From an uncultured Solirubrobacteraceae bacterium (GTDB taxonomy: Bacteria; Actinomycetota; Thermoleophilia; Solirubrobacterales; Solirubrobacteraceae): a stretch of DNA of 64,000 nt. A program made the position numbers and the translations under genes. Below, piece by piece: positions 9,842-19,078 of the stretch (positions are counted from its first letter, which is position 1; each line of letters begins with the position of its first letter). The notes beneath the pieces are model-generated. The model did not search any database, was not told where the DNA came from, and saw only the letters and a program-made list of their open reading frames with translations. The DNA is taken from the NCBI GenBank assembly GCA_964588985.1, contig CAZPQW010000001.1, forward strand, positions 96,001 through 160,000, written 5' to 3'.

Positions 9842-10472
9842 GGACCGGCGGCTCTGCGCTAGGCCCCCGTCCATCGACGCGCTTCGGTCTGATACGTCGA
9901 GCAAGCGCGTCGGCGCTGGTGTCCAGCCGCCGGTCAATTGCGGCCCCGAGCTTTGCTGAAGCTCTGCAGAACAGCCACGCCATGCCCAACGCCGCAGTCA
10001 GCTTGAGTGTCAGCGGGCTCGTAGCGAGGCGGACCGTTGAGGTCAGCGAATATTCCGCGATGACGGTACCGAGCAACATAGCCCAGAGCATGAACGTCGC
10101 ATATAGAACGAATGCCCCCAAACCGGTACGCAGGCGCCACTCGTTGACGAAAGGCTCAAAATGCACCAGCCCGGCGTATGCGAGGAGGAAGTAGGCAGCG
10201 CCTCTCAGCAGGGCACTCGTTTGAGGGTCGAGCTGCCGATGGAGAACGACCCAAACTGCTGCCCCCGCGTAGCCGAGCATGACAAATGAGAAGCCGGTAA
10301 GGGCGCGTTCTGCCCAAAGCCGTGACGACTTGTTGCCCCGGGGAATGCTCGACATCCATCTCAGCTGCGGCCGTGTGAGCGCGAGTGTGAGCATCGTGCC
10401 ACCGACTATTGCGACGATCACCTCACGGCCGTCAATGGCTTTGGGTACAGCAGTCGCTAGAGCGGTCGGCAC
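9807..10472 (-). CDS. Hypothetical membrane protein in a lower-GC patch (5' end possibly degenerate)
   Basis: Several TM helices, atypical codon usage; no family recognised. Confidence 0.45.
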   Translation of the reverse strand: MPTALATAVPKAIDGREVIVAIVGGTMLTLALTRPQLRWMSSIPRGNKSSRLWAERALTGFSFVMLGYAGAAVWVVLHRQLDPQTSALLRGAAYFLLAYAGLVHFEPFVNEWRLRTGLGAFVLYATFMLWAMLLGTVIAEYSLTSTVRLATSPLTLKLTAALGMAWLFCRASAKLGAAIDRRLDTSADALARRIRPKRVDGRGPSAEPPVPTRTPARSTRA

Positions 10473-10726
10473 GCCAAGATATTCGACATGCTGGACTCCA
10501 GGCTTGAGCTTGGCGCTGACGCTACCGATCAGCGCCAGGCACCGGCCATTGTGTCGGGATCGTCGAGCGCGAGCGCGTCGGGCGTGAACAGCAGCTCGAC
10601 AAGCGCCCTGCGCCTTCTGCGATGGAGGGCGGAGGAGAGAGCCACTTGAAGGATGTTGACCAGCTTGTTGATGTCGAGAATGCTCACATATCGCTTCCTG
10701 CTCCGCGTGCTCCAGCCACCGTGTAG

Positions 10727-13081
10727 TTAGCCCGGCACCCCCTGCACCAAAGAAAGCACCGGCGCGAACAGATCCCCCCGCTCGGCCACCCGCCTCAGCA
10801 CATCCCCCGCCTCGAACACTAGCCGCGCCGGGTCACCCTCCTCCAGCGCCTCCCGCACCTCGACCCACTCAAGCGGCGTCGAGACCGTGGGCCGTTCGCC
10901 CGCGCGCAGCGAATACACGCATACGGTGGTCTTCCTGCGGTCGTTCTGGCTCCAGTCGATCAGCACCTTGCCCTCGCGCTTGGCCTTGGTCATGCGCGAC
11001 ACCACGAGGTCGGGCTGCTCCTGCTCGAGTAGCTCCGCCACCGCCTTCGCGAACGGCTTGGTGTGCTCGAACGTGACGTCGGGGTGGTTGAGCGGCACGT
11101 ACACCTGCAGCCCCTTCGAGCCTGACGTCTTGACGAAGCTCTGCAGCCCTAGCCCCTCGAACATGCCGTGCAGCTGCAGCGCCACGCGGCAGCACTCGAT
11201 CGCGGTCGCCGGCGGGCCCGGGTCGAGGTCGAACACGAGCGCGGTCGGCCGCTCGATCGAGTCCGCCAGCGCGAGCGGCACGTGCAGCTCGAGCGCCGCG
11301 AGGTTCGCGAGCCACACGAGCGTCGGCAGGTCGTCCGCGAGCGTGTAGTCGATCGGCTTCTCGCGGCTCGCGATCGTCGCCGTGCGCACCCACTCCGGTC
11401 GATGCGCGGGCGCGTGCTTCTGGAAGAACGACTTGCCCTCCACGCCATCGGGCCATCTGGTCACGGTCAGCGCCCGGCCTTGCAGGTGCGCGAGTAGCAC
11501 CGGTGCGATCTCCCGATAAAAATCGATCAAATCGCCCTTGGTGAACCCCGTCTTCGGGTAGAGCACCTTGTCGAGGTTCGTCAGCTTCAGCTCGCGCCCC
11601 TCGACCGTCGGGCGCGCCGGATCCTCGCGCACCACGTCCCCCGCGTCCTTGTCGTCGCGAAGCCCCACGTACACAGGGTGACGCAGGCTCCCCGCCTTGG
11701 TCCAGTGCGCGAACTCCACCTCCACCACCAGGCGCGGCTCGCAGAACACCGCCTCGCGCGGCGGCGTCTCGCCCGTGGTGAACGGCGAGTCCTCGCGCGC
11801 GAGCGGCCCGAGCAGCGCGGACAGGCGCTCCAGCTCGCGCTCGTCGAAACCGCTGCCAACGCGCCCCGCGTAGCGCAGCACGCCGCCCGGCTCGTGCACG
11901 CCCAGCAGCAGCGCGCCGACCGTCTCCCTCCGCTTGCCCTTCCCCGGCATCCATCCGCCCACCACCAGCTCCTGGCGCTCGAAGCTCTTCACCTTCACCC
12001 ACTCGCCCGAGCGCGACCCCGGGCGGTAGGGGGAGTCCAGGCGCTTGGCCACAACCCCCTCCAAACCCTGCTCCGCGCTCGCCGCGAGCAGCGCAGCCCC
12101 TCCGCCGACGGTGTGCTCCGGCGTCTGCCAGTGCGGGCCGTTCAGCCCCATCGCCTCCAGCAGGTCGCGCCGCGCCTCATACGGCTGGCCCATCAGCGAG
12201 TGCCCGTCCATCCACAGCACGTCGAAGATCACGTACGTCACCGGCGTGTCCTTCGCCTGCCGGCGTGCCTGCGCCCGCGTGGGCGTGTGCATCCGCCCCT
12301 GCAGCGCCGCGAAGCTCGGACGCCCCTCCTCGTCGAACGCCACGATCTCGCCGTCGAGGACCACGCTGTGCGAACCGAGCGCGTCGCCCAGACGGAAGAG
12401 CTCCGGGTAGCTGTCGGTTATGTCTTTTAGGGAGCGGCTTTCCAGCCGCAACTCGCCCGGTTGGCTGTATGCGAGAGCGCGCACCCCGTCCCACTTGATC
12501 TCGTAACCCCAGCGGTCGTCGTCGTGGGGGATCTCACCGGAGCGCGCGAGCATCGGCGCGATCTTGCTCGGCATCGGCTCGCGGGTGGGGTCCGCGGGCG
12601 GGTCCATGCGGTGGATCATCCAGTTCTTCGGCTGCTCGTCCTTGTCGATCGGGAAGAGCGCGTAGCGGGCGCTCTCGTGCTGTCCGTGCAGCGCCACCTC
12701 CACCTTGCGCGGTTCCCACTTGAGCGTCTCGTACGTGCCGCTGTCCCAGATCGAGATCGTCCCCGCGCCGTACTGCCCCGCGGGGATCTCCGCTTCGAAG
12801 TCGAGGTACTCCAGCGGATGGTCCTCCACCGCCACCGCGAGGTGGTTTTCCTTCGGCGCGCGCGGCAGCCCCTTGGGGATCGCCCACGACGCGAGCGCGC
12901 CGTCGCGCTCCAGGCGCAGGTCCCAGTGCAGCCGCGTCGCGTGGTGCTCGTGGATCACGAACCGCGGCAGACCGTCGCCGCTCTGGCGCTCGCCGGGCTC
13001 GGGCTCGGGTGTGGCGCTGAAGTCGCGTTTGCCGCGGTAGTCCTTCAGGCTGGCCTTCCGCTGGGTGCGCTTCGGTGCCGT
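10727..13081 (-). CDS. ligD: NHEJ DNA ligase D (phosphoesterase-ligase-polymerase)
   Basis: PE: FVIHEHHATRLHWDLRLE...SWAIPKG; LIG: YEIKWDG, EGVVAK; POL: RWPDG..FFQK, VFDLDPG, KTSGSKG. Confidence 0.95.
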   Translation of the reverse strand, partial: TAPKRTQRKASLKDYRGKRDFSATPEPEPGERQSGDGLPRFVIHEHHATRLHWDLRLERDGALASWAIPKGLPRAPKENHLAVAVEDHPLEYLDFEAEIPAGQYGAGTISIWDSGTYETLKWEPRKVEVALHGQHESARYALFPIDKDEQPKNWMIHRMDPPADPTREPMPSKIAPMLARSGEIPHDDDRWGYEIKWDGVRALAYSQPGELRLESRSLKDITDSYPELFRLGDALGSHSVVLDGEIVAFDEEGRPSFAALQGRMHTPTRAQARRQAKDTPVTYVIFDVLWMDGHSLMGQPYEARRDLLEAMGLNGPHWQTPEHTVGGGAALLAASAEQGLEGVVAKRLDSPYRPGSRSGEWVKVKSFERQELVVGGWMPGKGKRRETVGALLLGVHEPGGVLRYAGRVGSGFDERELERLSALLGPLAREDSPFTTGETPPREAVFCEPRLVVEVEFAHWTKAGSLRHPVYVGLRDDKDAGDVVREDPARPTVEGRELKLTNLDKVLYPKTGFTKGDLIDFYREIAPVLLAHLQGRALTVTRWPDGVEGKSFFQKHAPAHRPEWVRTATIASREKPIDYTLADDLPTLVWLANLAALELHVPLALADSIERPTALVFDLDPGPPATAIECCRVALQLHGMFEGLGLQSFVKTSGSKGLQVYVPLNHPDVTFEHTKPFAKAVAELLEQEQPDLVVSRMTKAKREGKVLIDWSQNDRRKTTVCVYSLRAGERPTVSTPLEWVEVREALEEGDPARLVFEAGDVLRRVAERGDLFAPVLSLVQGVPG

Positions 13082-13089
13082 AGCGGCTC

Positions 13090-13884
13090 CTACCAGCAGG
13101 GTTCGTAGCGTTCGCCGTTCAGCGCGAGGTTGAAGCGCGCGCCCATGATCCCGGCCGCTTCGTCGGCCGCGCAGAACCTCTTCACCGACAGCTTGTACTC
13201 CGCGTTGAGCACCGGCTTGCCAGCCGCGAGGTAGGGCTTGTAGTCCTGGCATTCGCTGTACTGGTTGCACTGCTCGCTCAACGCTCCGTCGAAGCGGCGG
13301 TTCAGTTCATTGGTCTGTTCGCCGTCGTTCTTCTGCAGCACCGCCATGCCCAGCGCGTGAGCCTCGCTCGCGATCCACCTGTTGAAGGTGAGCTGCTGTT
13401 TCGCCGTCACCGGGAAGCCGCTCTTGTTGGCGTACGCTTCGATGTTGTCCGGCTCCAGCGCGTCGAAGCCCTTTTCCTCACACATCTCCAAGCGCTTCGT
13501 CATGATCGGCTCGAGCACCTTCAGCTTGCGGATGTCGAGCCATTTCTCGCCAGGCCAGCCGTTCGAGCGGCCGAGCACCGACGCCGGGAACTCGGAGTAG
13601 TCGGGCCGCCAGTTCTCCGCGGTGCCGACGTCGATGTAACAGATCACGTGCTTGCCCTGTTCGTGCAGGGCCGTCACCTCGGCCGCGGTGGTTTCGAACC
13701 CGTCGATGTCGTACGCCGCGACCGGCACGTCGGTGGGGGCGGCGCCCTGCAGCTGCCAGTACCACGTCAGGTGCTGCGGCGGTGTCCACCAGCCGCCGCC
13801 CGCGTGTGCGTCGGCCAGCGAGGTGGCGGCGAGCACGATTGCCGCGGACGCCAGGAGAACCCGTGTGGTGCGGCGGATGTCCAC
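13090..13884 (-). CDS. Secreted GH114-like endo-alpha-1,4-polygalactosaminidase
   Basis: Signal peptide, WYWQL, ICYIDVGTAENWRPD, WPGEKWLDIR, KGFDALEPDN, QKND. Confidence 0.85.
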   Translation of the reverse strand: MDIRRTTRVLLASAAIVLAATSLADAHAGGGWWTPPQHLTWYWQLQGAAPTDVPVAAYDIDGFETTAAEVTALHEQGKHVICYIDVGTAENWRPDYSEFPASVLGRSNGWPGEKWLDIRKLKVLEPIMTKRLEMCEEKGFDALEPDNIEAYANKSGFPVTAKQQLTFNRWIASEAHALGMAVLQKNDGEQTNELNRRFDGALSEQCNQYSECQDYKPYLAAGKPVLNAEYKLSVKRFCAADEAAGIMGARFNLALNGERYEPCW

Positions 13885-14784
13885 CTACCGCTTGGCGGCC
13901 GGTTTCTTCGCCGCGGGTTTCTTCGCGGCGGCGGCCGGCTTTTTCGCCGGTGCTTTCTTGCCCGCCGCTTTGCGTCCCTTGCCCGCGCCCGTGCCTTCGC
14001 GTGCGCGCACCGCGTCGAGGCTCGCCTTCAGCGCGCTCATCAGGTCGGGCGCCGGCGCGGCCACCTCTTCGGGCGTGGGCTGCACCGCGATCTGCTTGCC
14101 CTGCGCCTTGCGCTCGATCAGCGCGAGCACGTCCGCGCGGTAGGTGTCGCTGTACTTGTCCGGTTCGAAGTCGCCCGCGAGCGAGTCCACGAGCTGCTTC
14201 GCGATGTCCAGCTCGCGCTCGGTCGTCTTGACGTCCTTGGCATCCGCGATCTCGTCCACGCGGTCCGCGGGCAGGATTTCGTCGGCGAAGATCATCGTCG
14301 CCATCCCCAGCGCGTCGCCCATCGGGCGGATCGCCACGAGCTGCTCCTTCGAGCGGATCACCACGCGCGCGATCGCCACCTTGCCCGTCTCGCGCATCGC
14401 CTCGAGCAGCAGGCGGTAGGGCTTCAGGCCGCCGGGGCCGGGCGCGAGGTAGTAGGGGTGGTCGTAGAACACGGGGTCGATCTGCGACAGCTCGACGAAG
14501 TCCTCGATCTCGATCGTCTTCGTCTTCTTCGGCTGCAGCGTCTCCAGCTCGCCCGGCTCGATCACCACGTAGCGGTCGGGGGCGATCTCATAGCCCTTGA
14601 CGATCTCCGCGTACGGGACCTCCTCGCCGGTCGTCGGGTCGACGCGCTTCTGCGCCACGCGCACGCCCGTCTTGCCCCAAAGCTGGTGGAAGCGCACCGT
14701 CTTGCGGTCGATCGCGCTGTACAGCTTCACGGGTACGGTGACCATGCCGAAGCTGATCGCTCCGGTCCACATCGCGCGGGGCAT
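13885..14784 (-). CDS. ku: NHEJ Ku protein
   Basis: RAMWTGAISFGMVTVPVKLYSA, PYYL, DLMSALKASL, basic PAKK tail. Confidence 0.96.
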   Translation of the reverse strand: MPRAMWTGAISFGMVTVPVKLYSAIDRKTVRFHQLWGKTGVRVAQKRVDPTTGEEVPYAEIVKGYEIAPDRYVVIEPGELETLQPKKTKTIEIEDFVELSQIDPVFYDHPYYLAPGPGGLKPYRLLLEAMRETGKVAIARVVIRSKEQLVAIRPMGDALGMATMIFADEILPADRVDEIADAKDVKTTERELDIAKQLVDSLAGDFEPDKYSDTYRADVLALIERKAQGKQIAVQPTPEEVAAPAPDLMSALKASLDAVRAREGTGAGKGRKAAGKKAPAKKPAAAAKKPAAKKPAAKR

Positions 14785-14847
14785 CTGTCAAGTGTTACCA
14801 CGTAGGAACCCGCACAGGCAGCGCTGCAATGCGCCTGCCGAGCGGGC

Positions 14848-16200
14848 TCAGGCCTGCTGGGGCGCCTGCGGCATCGACGCGGGGAGCAGGTCGCTGGGGG
14901 CGTCCATGTCCTTCTCGCCCGCGGTGAGGCGCGCGGAGTAGATCGACGGCGCGCCGAGCACGCGCGCGAGCACAGTCGCCTCGACCACCGCGAGCAGCAC
15001 AGCGACCATCAGCGAGTCCCCGTGGTGGGTGAGCTCGAGCAGCAGCACCACCGCCGCGAGCGGGCCCTGCATCGCCGCGCCGAGCACCGCCGCGCCGCCG
15101 ATGATCGCGTAGCCGCCGAGCGGCGCGCCGGGCCAGATCTGCGACCACGCCTCGCCGAGCAGGCCCCCCAGCAGCACGCCGAACGCGAGCGTGGGGGTGA
15201 AGAGGCCGCCGGGCGCGCCGCTGCCGAGGCACGCCGCTGTGGCGAGCGGCTTGAGCACGAGCAGCACCGCCAGCAGCGCCACGCTCAGGCGCGCGACGAG
15301 CGCGAGCTGGACGATGTTCTTGCCGTTGCCGAGGATCTGCGGGTAGGCGACCGCGACCGCGCCGAGCGCGGTGAACACCACGATCGGCGCAGCGAGCCGC
15401 ATCCACCCCGACGGGCGCACCGCGTGGGCGAGCGCGATCAGGCGGATGTAGCCGACCGCCGCGAGGCCCGCGATCGGCCCCACGATCAGCGCCCACACCA
15501 CCTGCGAGGCATGGATCGTGTAGGTCGGGATCGCGTACGTGGGATGCGTCGGCAGCGCGATCCACGCGACCGCGGTCGCGATCAGCGAGGTCGCGAGCGC
15601 GGGCAGCACGAGCGGCAGCGTGAGCGTCCCCAGCAGCACCTCGAGGGCGAACAGCGCGCCGCCGAGCGGCACGTTGTAGACCGCCGCCATGCCCGCGCCC
15701 GCGCCGCACGCCACGAGCAGGCGGCGCTGCCAGTCGGGCAGCTTCGCCCAGTCGCTCAGCGCGCTCGCCACCGCCGCGCCGGCCTGCTGCGGCGCGGCCT
15801 CCCGACCGAGCGACGCGCCGAGACCGACGATCACGATCGAGTGGACCGCGCGCGCGAGGCTCGCGAGCAGCGGCAGGCGCGCGTCGCGCAGCCAGATCGC
15901 CTCCGAGATCTCAGCCGTGCCGCGGCCGGCGAGAAGAAGCCCGCCCCCGCCGGCGACCACGCCGCCGATCGCCAGCACCACCACGCGCCTGGTCGCGGAG
16001 GCGCCCTGCACGCCTTCGAGGAAGTCGCCTATGTGGTAGGACCACGCGAGGTGCTGGACGCCTTTGAGGAGCTCCATCAGCGCCGCGCCGCCGAGGCCCG
16101 AGCCGATGCCCACGAGCACCACCAGCATCCAGAACCTCACGCCGTAGGAGGCCACGATCCCGCGGCCCGGCACGTTCGGTTGAGGGTGCGGTCGCGTCAC
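14848..16200 (-). CDS. ClC-family chloride channel/transporter
   Basis: GASLGREAAP, AAVYNVPLGGALFALE, GAPGGLFTP. Confidence 0.88.
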   Translation of the reverse strand: MTRPHPQPNVPGRGIVASYGVRFWMLVVLVGIGSGLGGAALMELLKGVQHLAWSYHIGDFLEGVQGASATRRVVVLAIGGVVAGGGGLLLAGRGTAEISEAIWLRDARLPLLASLARAVHSIVIVGLGASLGREAAPQQAGAAVASALSDWAKLPDWQRRLLVACGAGAGMAAVYNVPLGGALFALEVLLGTLTLPLVLPALATSLIATAVAWIALPTHPTYAIPTYTIHASQVVWALIVGPIAGLAAVGYIRLIALAHAVRPSGWMRLAAPIVVFTALGAVAVAYPQILGNGKNIVQLALVARLSVALLAVLLVLKPLATAACLGSGAPGGLFTPTLAFGVLLGGLLGEAWSQIWPGAPLGGYAIIGGAAVLGAAMQGPLAAVVLLLELTHHGDSLMVAVLLAVVEATVLARVLGAPSIYSARLTAGEKDMDAPSDLLPASMPQAPQQA

Positions 16201-16326
16201 GCAGACGACAGTCTTACGCGCGCTCCGGCCGCGGTTGTTGCCAGTATGCGCGTAGCGGGCCAAACTGGCCAGACAGCCAGTACTATCCGCTGGAGCATTC
16301 AAAGGCGGCGATCACGGAGGTTGGGC

Positions 16327-17556
16327 ATGGCGACGGTTGGGCGCGACATCGAGAGTGTGGAACTCACCGAGGAAGAGCTGTGGCACGACGGCCCGCCGCT
16401 CGAGGTCTTCAAGCAGATGCGCAGCGAGTGCCCGATCCACTGGACGGAGAGCTTCGAACTGTTCCCCGAGGAGGAGGGCTTCTGGTCGGTGACGACCGCC
16501 GACGACGTCCACACGGTGAGCCGCGACTTCAAGACGTACTCCTCAGAACGCGGCGGCGTGCTCGTCGCCGCGGCCGGCTTCCCGCTCGAGCTCGCGCAGG
16601 CGATGTTCATCGGCATGGACCCGCCCAAGCACGACCGCCTCAAGGCGCTGTTTCAGGCGGGCTTCACCCCGCGGCGGATCGCAGCGCACGAGGACGCGAT
16701 CAGGGCGATCGCGGTGAAAGTGCTCGACGGCCTCGAGGGACGTGACACATGCGACCTCGTCAGCGACGTCGCACAGCCCGTCGTCTCGCGCGTGATCGGC
16801 AGCTTCATGGGCATCGACGAGAAGGACGACGCGATCTGGGCTCGGCTGATGAACTCGACGCTCGGCGCCGCCGACCCCGACCTCAACCCCGACGGCTTCG
16901 AGGGCGCGATCGAGAAAGACCTCCCCGAGATCTTCGAGCGCTGCAGGGCGCTGATCGCCGACCGCCAGGCCAACCCCACGGAGGACCTCACGAGCGTGCT
17001 CGTCCACGCCGAGGTCGACGGGCAGAAACTGGAGGAACACGAGATCGTGATGGGCTTCTTCCTGCTGATGGCGGCCGGCAACGACTCCACCAAGGCCACC
17101 TACTGCAGCGGCATGCGCGCGCTGATGGAAGACCGCGACCAGATGCAGCTGCTGCTCGACGACCCCTCGCTGATCCCCAACGCCGTCGAGGAGTCGCTGC
17201 GGATGTTCCCCGCGTTCGCCCACTTTCGCCGCACCGCCACGTGCGACACCGAACTGCACGGCCAGAAGATCAAAGAGGGCGAGAAGGTGGTCATGTGGTA
17301 CGTCTCCTCCAACCGCGACGAGACGCGCTTCGAGAACCCCGACACGTTCGAGCTGCGTCGCAAGGAGGAGCACCAGGCGTTCGGCGCCGGCGGACGCCAC
17401 TTCTGCCTCGGCACCGCGCTCGCGCGCCTCGAGCTGAAGGTGATGATCGAGGAGACGCTCAAGCGCTACCCCAACATCGCGATCGACGGGCGGCCTGCCG
17501 CGGTCGAGTCGCTGTTCATCAACCAGCTGAAGACGCTGCCGGTGCGGCTGGCCTAG
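16327..17556 (+). CDS. Cytochrome P450
   Basis: MDPPKH, AAGNDST I-helix, EESLR, AFGAGGRHFCLG heme motif; GGAGG RBS before ATG 16327. Confidence 0.95.
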   Translation: MATVGRDIESVELTEEELWHDGPPLEVFKQMRSECPIHWTESFELFPEEEGFWSVTTADDVHTVSRDFKTYSSERGGVLVAAAGFPLELAQAMFIGMDPPKHDRLKALFQAGFTPRRIAAHEDAIRAIAVKVLDGLEGRDTCDLVSDVAQPVVSRVIGSFMGIDEKDDAIWARLMNSTLGAADPDLNPDGFEGAIEKDLPEIFERCRALIADRQANPTEDLTSVLVHAEVDGQKLEEHEIVMGFFLLMAAGNDSTKATYCSGMRALMEDRDQMQLLLDDPSLIPNAVEESLRMFPAFAHFRRTATCDTELHGQKIKEGEKVVMWYVSSNRDETRFENPDTFELRRKEEHQAFGAGGRHFCLGTALARLELKVMIEETLKRYPNIAIDGRPAAVESLFINQLKTLPVRLA

Positions 17557-17969
17557 CTCGCCGGTGCGGCCGACTGCGGCGAGGCGCAGAAGGCGCACTT
17601 GCGCGCCGCGCGGGGAATCTCACTTAGGCACTCGCTGCAGGGCCGGGTCTCGGACTCCACGTCCACTCCGGTCTTGCGGCGAGCCATCAGCGCGTTGACG
17701 GGCTGGACGACGAAGAAGAACACCGCTGCGGCGATCGAGACGAAGCTGATCACCTGGTTGATGAAGTCGCCGTAGAAGAAGCGGCTGTTGTGGATCGTGA
17801 AGGACAGCCCGCTGAAGTCAGGCTTGCCGATGATCGCCGCCACGATCGGCGTGAGCAGATCGCCCACCAGGGCTTTCACCACCGCCCCGAACGCCGCGCC
17901 GATGACGATGCCGACGGCCAGGTCGACGACGTTGCCTCTGAGCAGGAAGGTCTTGAACTCCTTGACCAT
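17553..17969 (-). CDS. mscL: Large-conductance mechanosensitive channel
   Basis: EFKTFLLRGNVVDLAVGIVIGAAF; C-terminal CxxC..CxxC. Confidence 0.95.
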   Translation of the reverse strand: MVKEFKTFLLRGNVVDLAVGIVIGAAFGAVVKALVGDLLTPIVAAIIGKPDFSGLSFTIHNSRFFYGDFINQVISFVSIAAAVFFFVVQPVNALMARRKTGVDVESETRPCSECLSEIPRAARKCAFCASPQSAAPAS

Positions 17970-18055
17970 TACGCCCACCCCATGCTACTTGGCCGTGTGG
18001 CGGGGATCGCTTGACCTGCATCGGCGCGTCGCCGCTTGCCGGTAGCGTACGCGCC

Positions 18056-19039
18056 GTGATCGTCGATCGTGCCATTTACCGTGACGGCCGGCGCGTCGTG
18101 GGGCTTCGGGATCTTGCGGAGATGGCCGCGAGCTGTGGGGCTGATGGCGGGATCGCGTGGATCGGCTTGTATCGCCCGAGCGCGGAGGAGTTCGCCGAGG
18201 TCGCGCGTGAGTTCGCGCTGCACGAGCTGGCCGTCGAGGACGCGGTCAACGCGCATCAGCGTCCCAAGCTCGAGCGCTATGGGGAGACGCTGTTCTGTGT
18301 TCTGCGCCCGGCCCGCTACATCGACAGCACTGAGACGGTCGAGTTCGGCGAGGTTCACGTCTTTGCCGGTCCGCGGTTCGTGATCACCGTTCGTCACAGC
18401 GAGGCCCCCGATCTCGGCGATGTCCGTCGCAAGCTCGAGGCGCGCCCGGATCTCCTCCAGCGCGGCAGTGTCGCGATCCTGCACGCCATCATGGATCGCG
18501 TGGTCGATGACTACGGCCCCGTTGTCACGGGCGTCGAGAACGACGTTGACGAGATCGAGGACGAGGTCTTCAACCCAAGCGCCGACGCGTCGCGCCGAAT
18601 CTACGACCTGACTCGTGAGGTCATCCTGTTCCAGCGCGCGGTTAAGCCGCTGGTGGGGATGCTCGACCGGCTGATGAGCGACGCGGAGGTCGATGAGGAG
18701 GAGCGTCGGTATCTACGTGACGTCCAGGATCACGCGCTGCGCGTCCAGGACCAGGCCGACGGCTTTCGTCAGCTGCTGCAGAACATCCTCAGCGTCAACC
18801 TCACGCTGGAGACCAAGACGCTCAACGAGGTATCCAATCGGCAGAACGAGGAGGTCAAGAAGATCTCCGCTTGGGCGGCGATTCTGTTTGCCCCCTCCGT
18901 GGTCGGCACGATCTATGGCATGAACTTCCACAACATGCCCGAGCTCCACTGGCACTACGGCTATGCCTACGCGCTGGTCTTGATGGTCGTCGTGTCCACG
19001 ATGCTCTACGTCGTGTTCAAGCGTCGCAGCTGGATCTGA
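18056..19039 (+). CDS. corA: CorA Mg2+/Co2+ transporter
   Basis: LHELAVED..HQRPKLE, YGMNF..MPEL.W. Confidence 0.93.
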   Translation: MIVDRAIYRDGRRVVGLRDLAEMAASCGADGGIAWIGLYRPSAEEFAEVAREFALHELAVEDAVNAHQRPKLERYGETLFCVLRPARYIDSTETVEFGEVHVFAGPRFVITVRHSEAPDLGDVRRKLEARPDLLQRGSVAILHAIMDRVVDDYGPVVTGVENDVDEIEDEVFNPSADASRRIYDLTREVILFQRAVKPLVGMLDRLMSDAEVDEEERRYLRDVQDHALRVQDQADGFRQLLQNILSVNLTLETKTLNEVSNRQNEEVKKISAWAAILFAPSVVGTIYGMNFHNMPELHWHYGYAYALVLMVVVSTMLYVVFKRRSWI

Positions 19040-19078
19040 GGCCGTCCGAACCCCAGCGGGCGGCTCGCCCGTCCCGTC

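Noticed and set aside
13885-13990. Repetitive DNA at the ku 3' end
   Set aside because: Encodes the ordinary basic PAKK tail of actinobacterial Ku
15022-16326. Apparent 844-aa P450 fusion
   Set aside because: The extension is the antisense of the ClC gene; the real start at 16327 has an RBS
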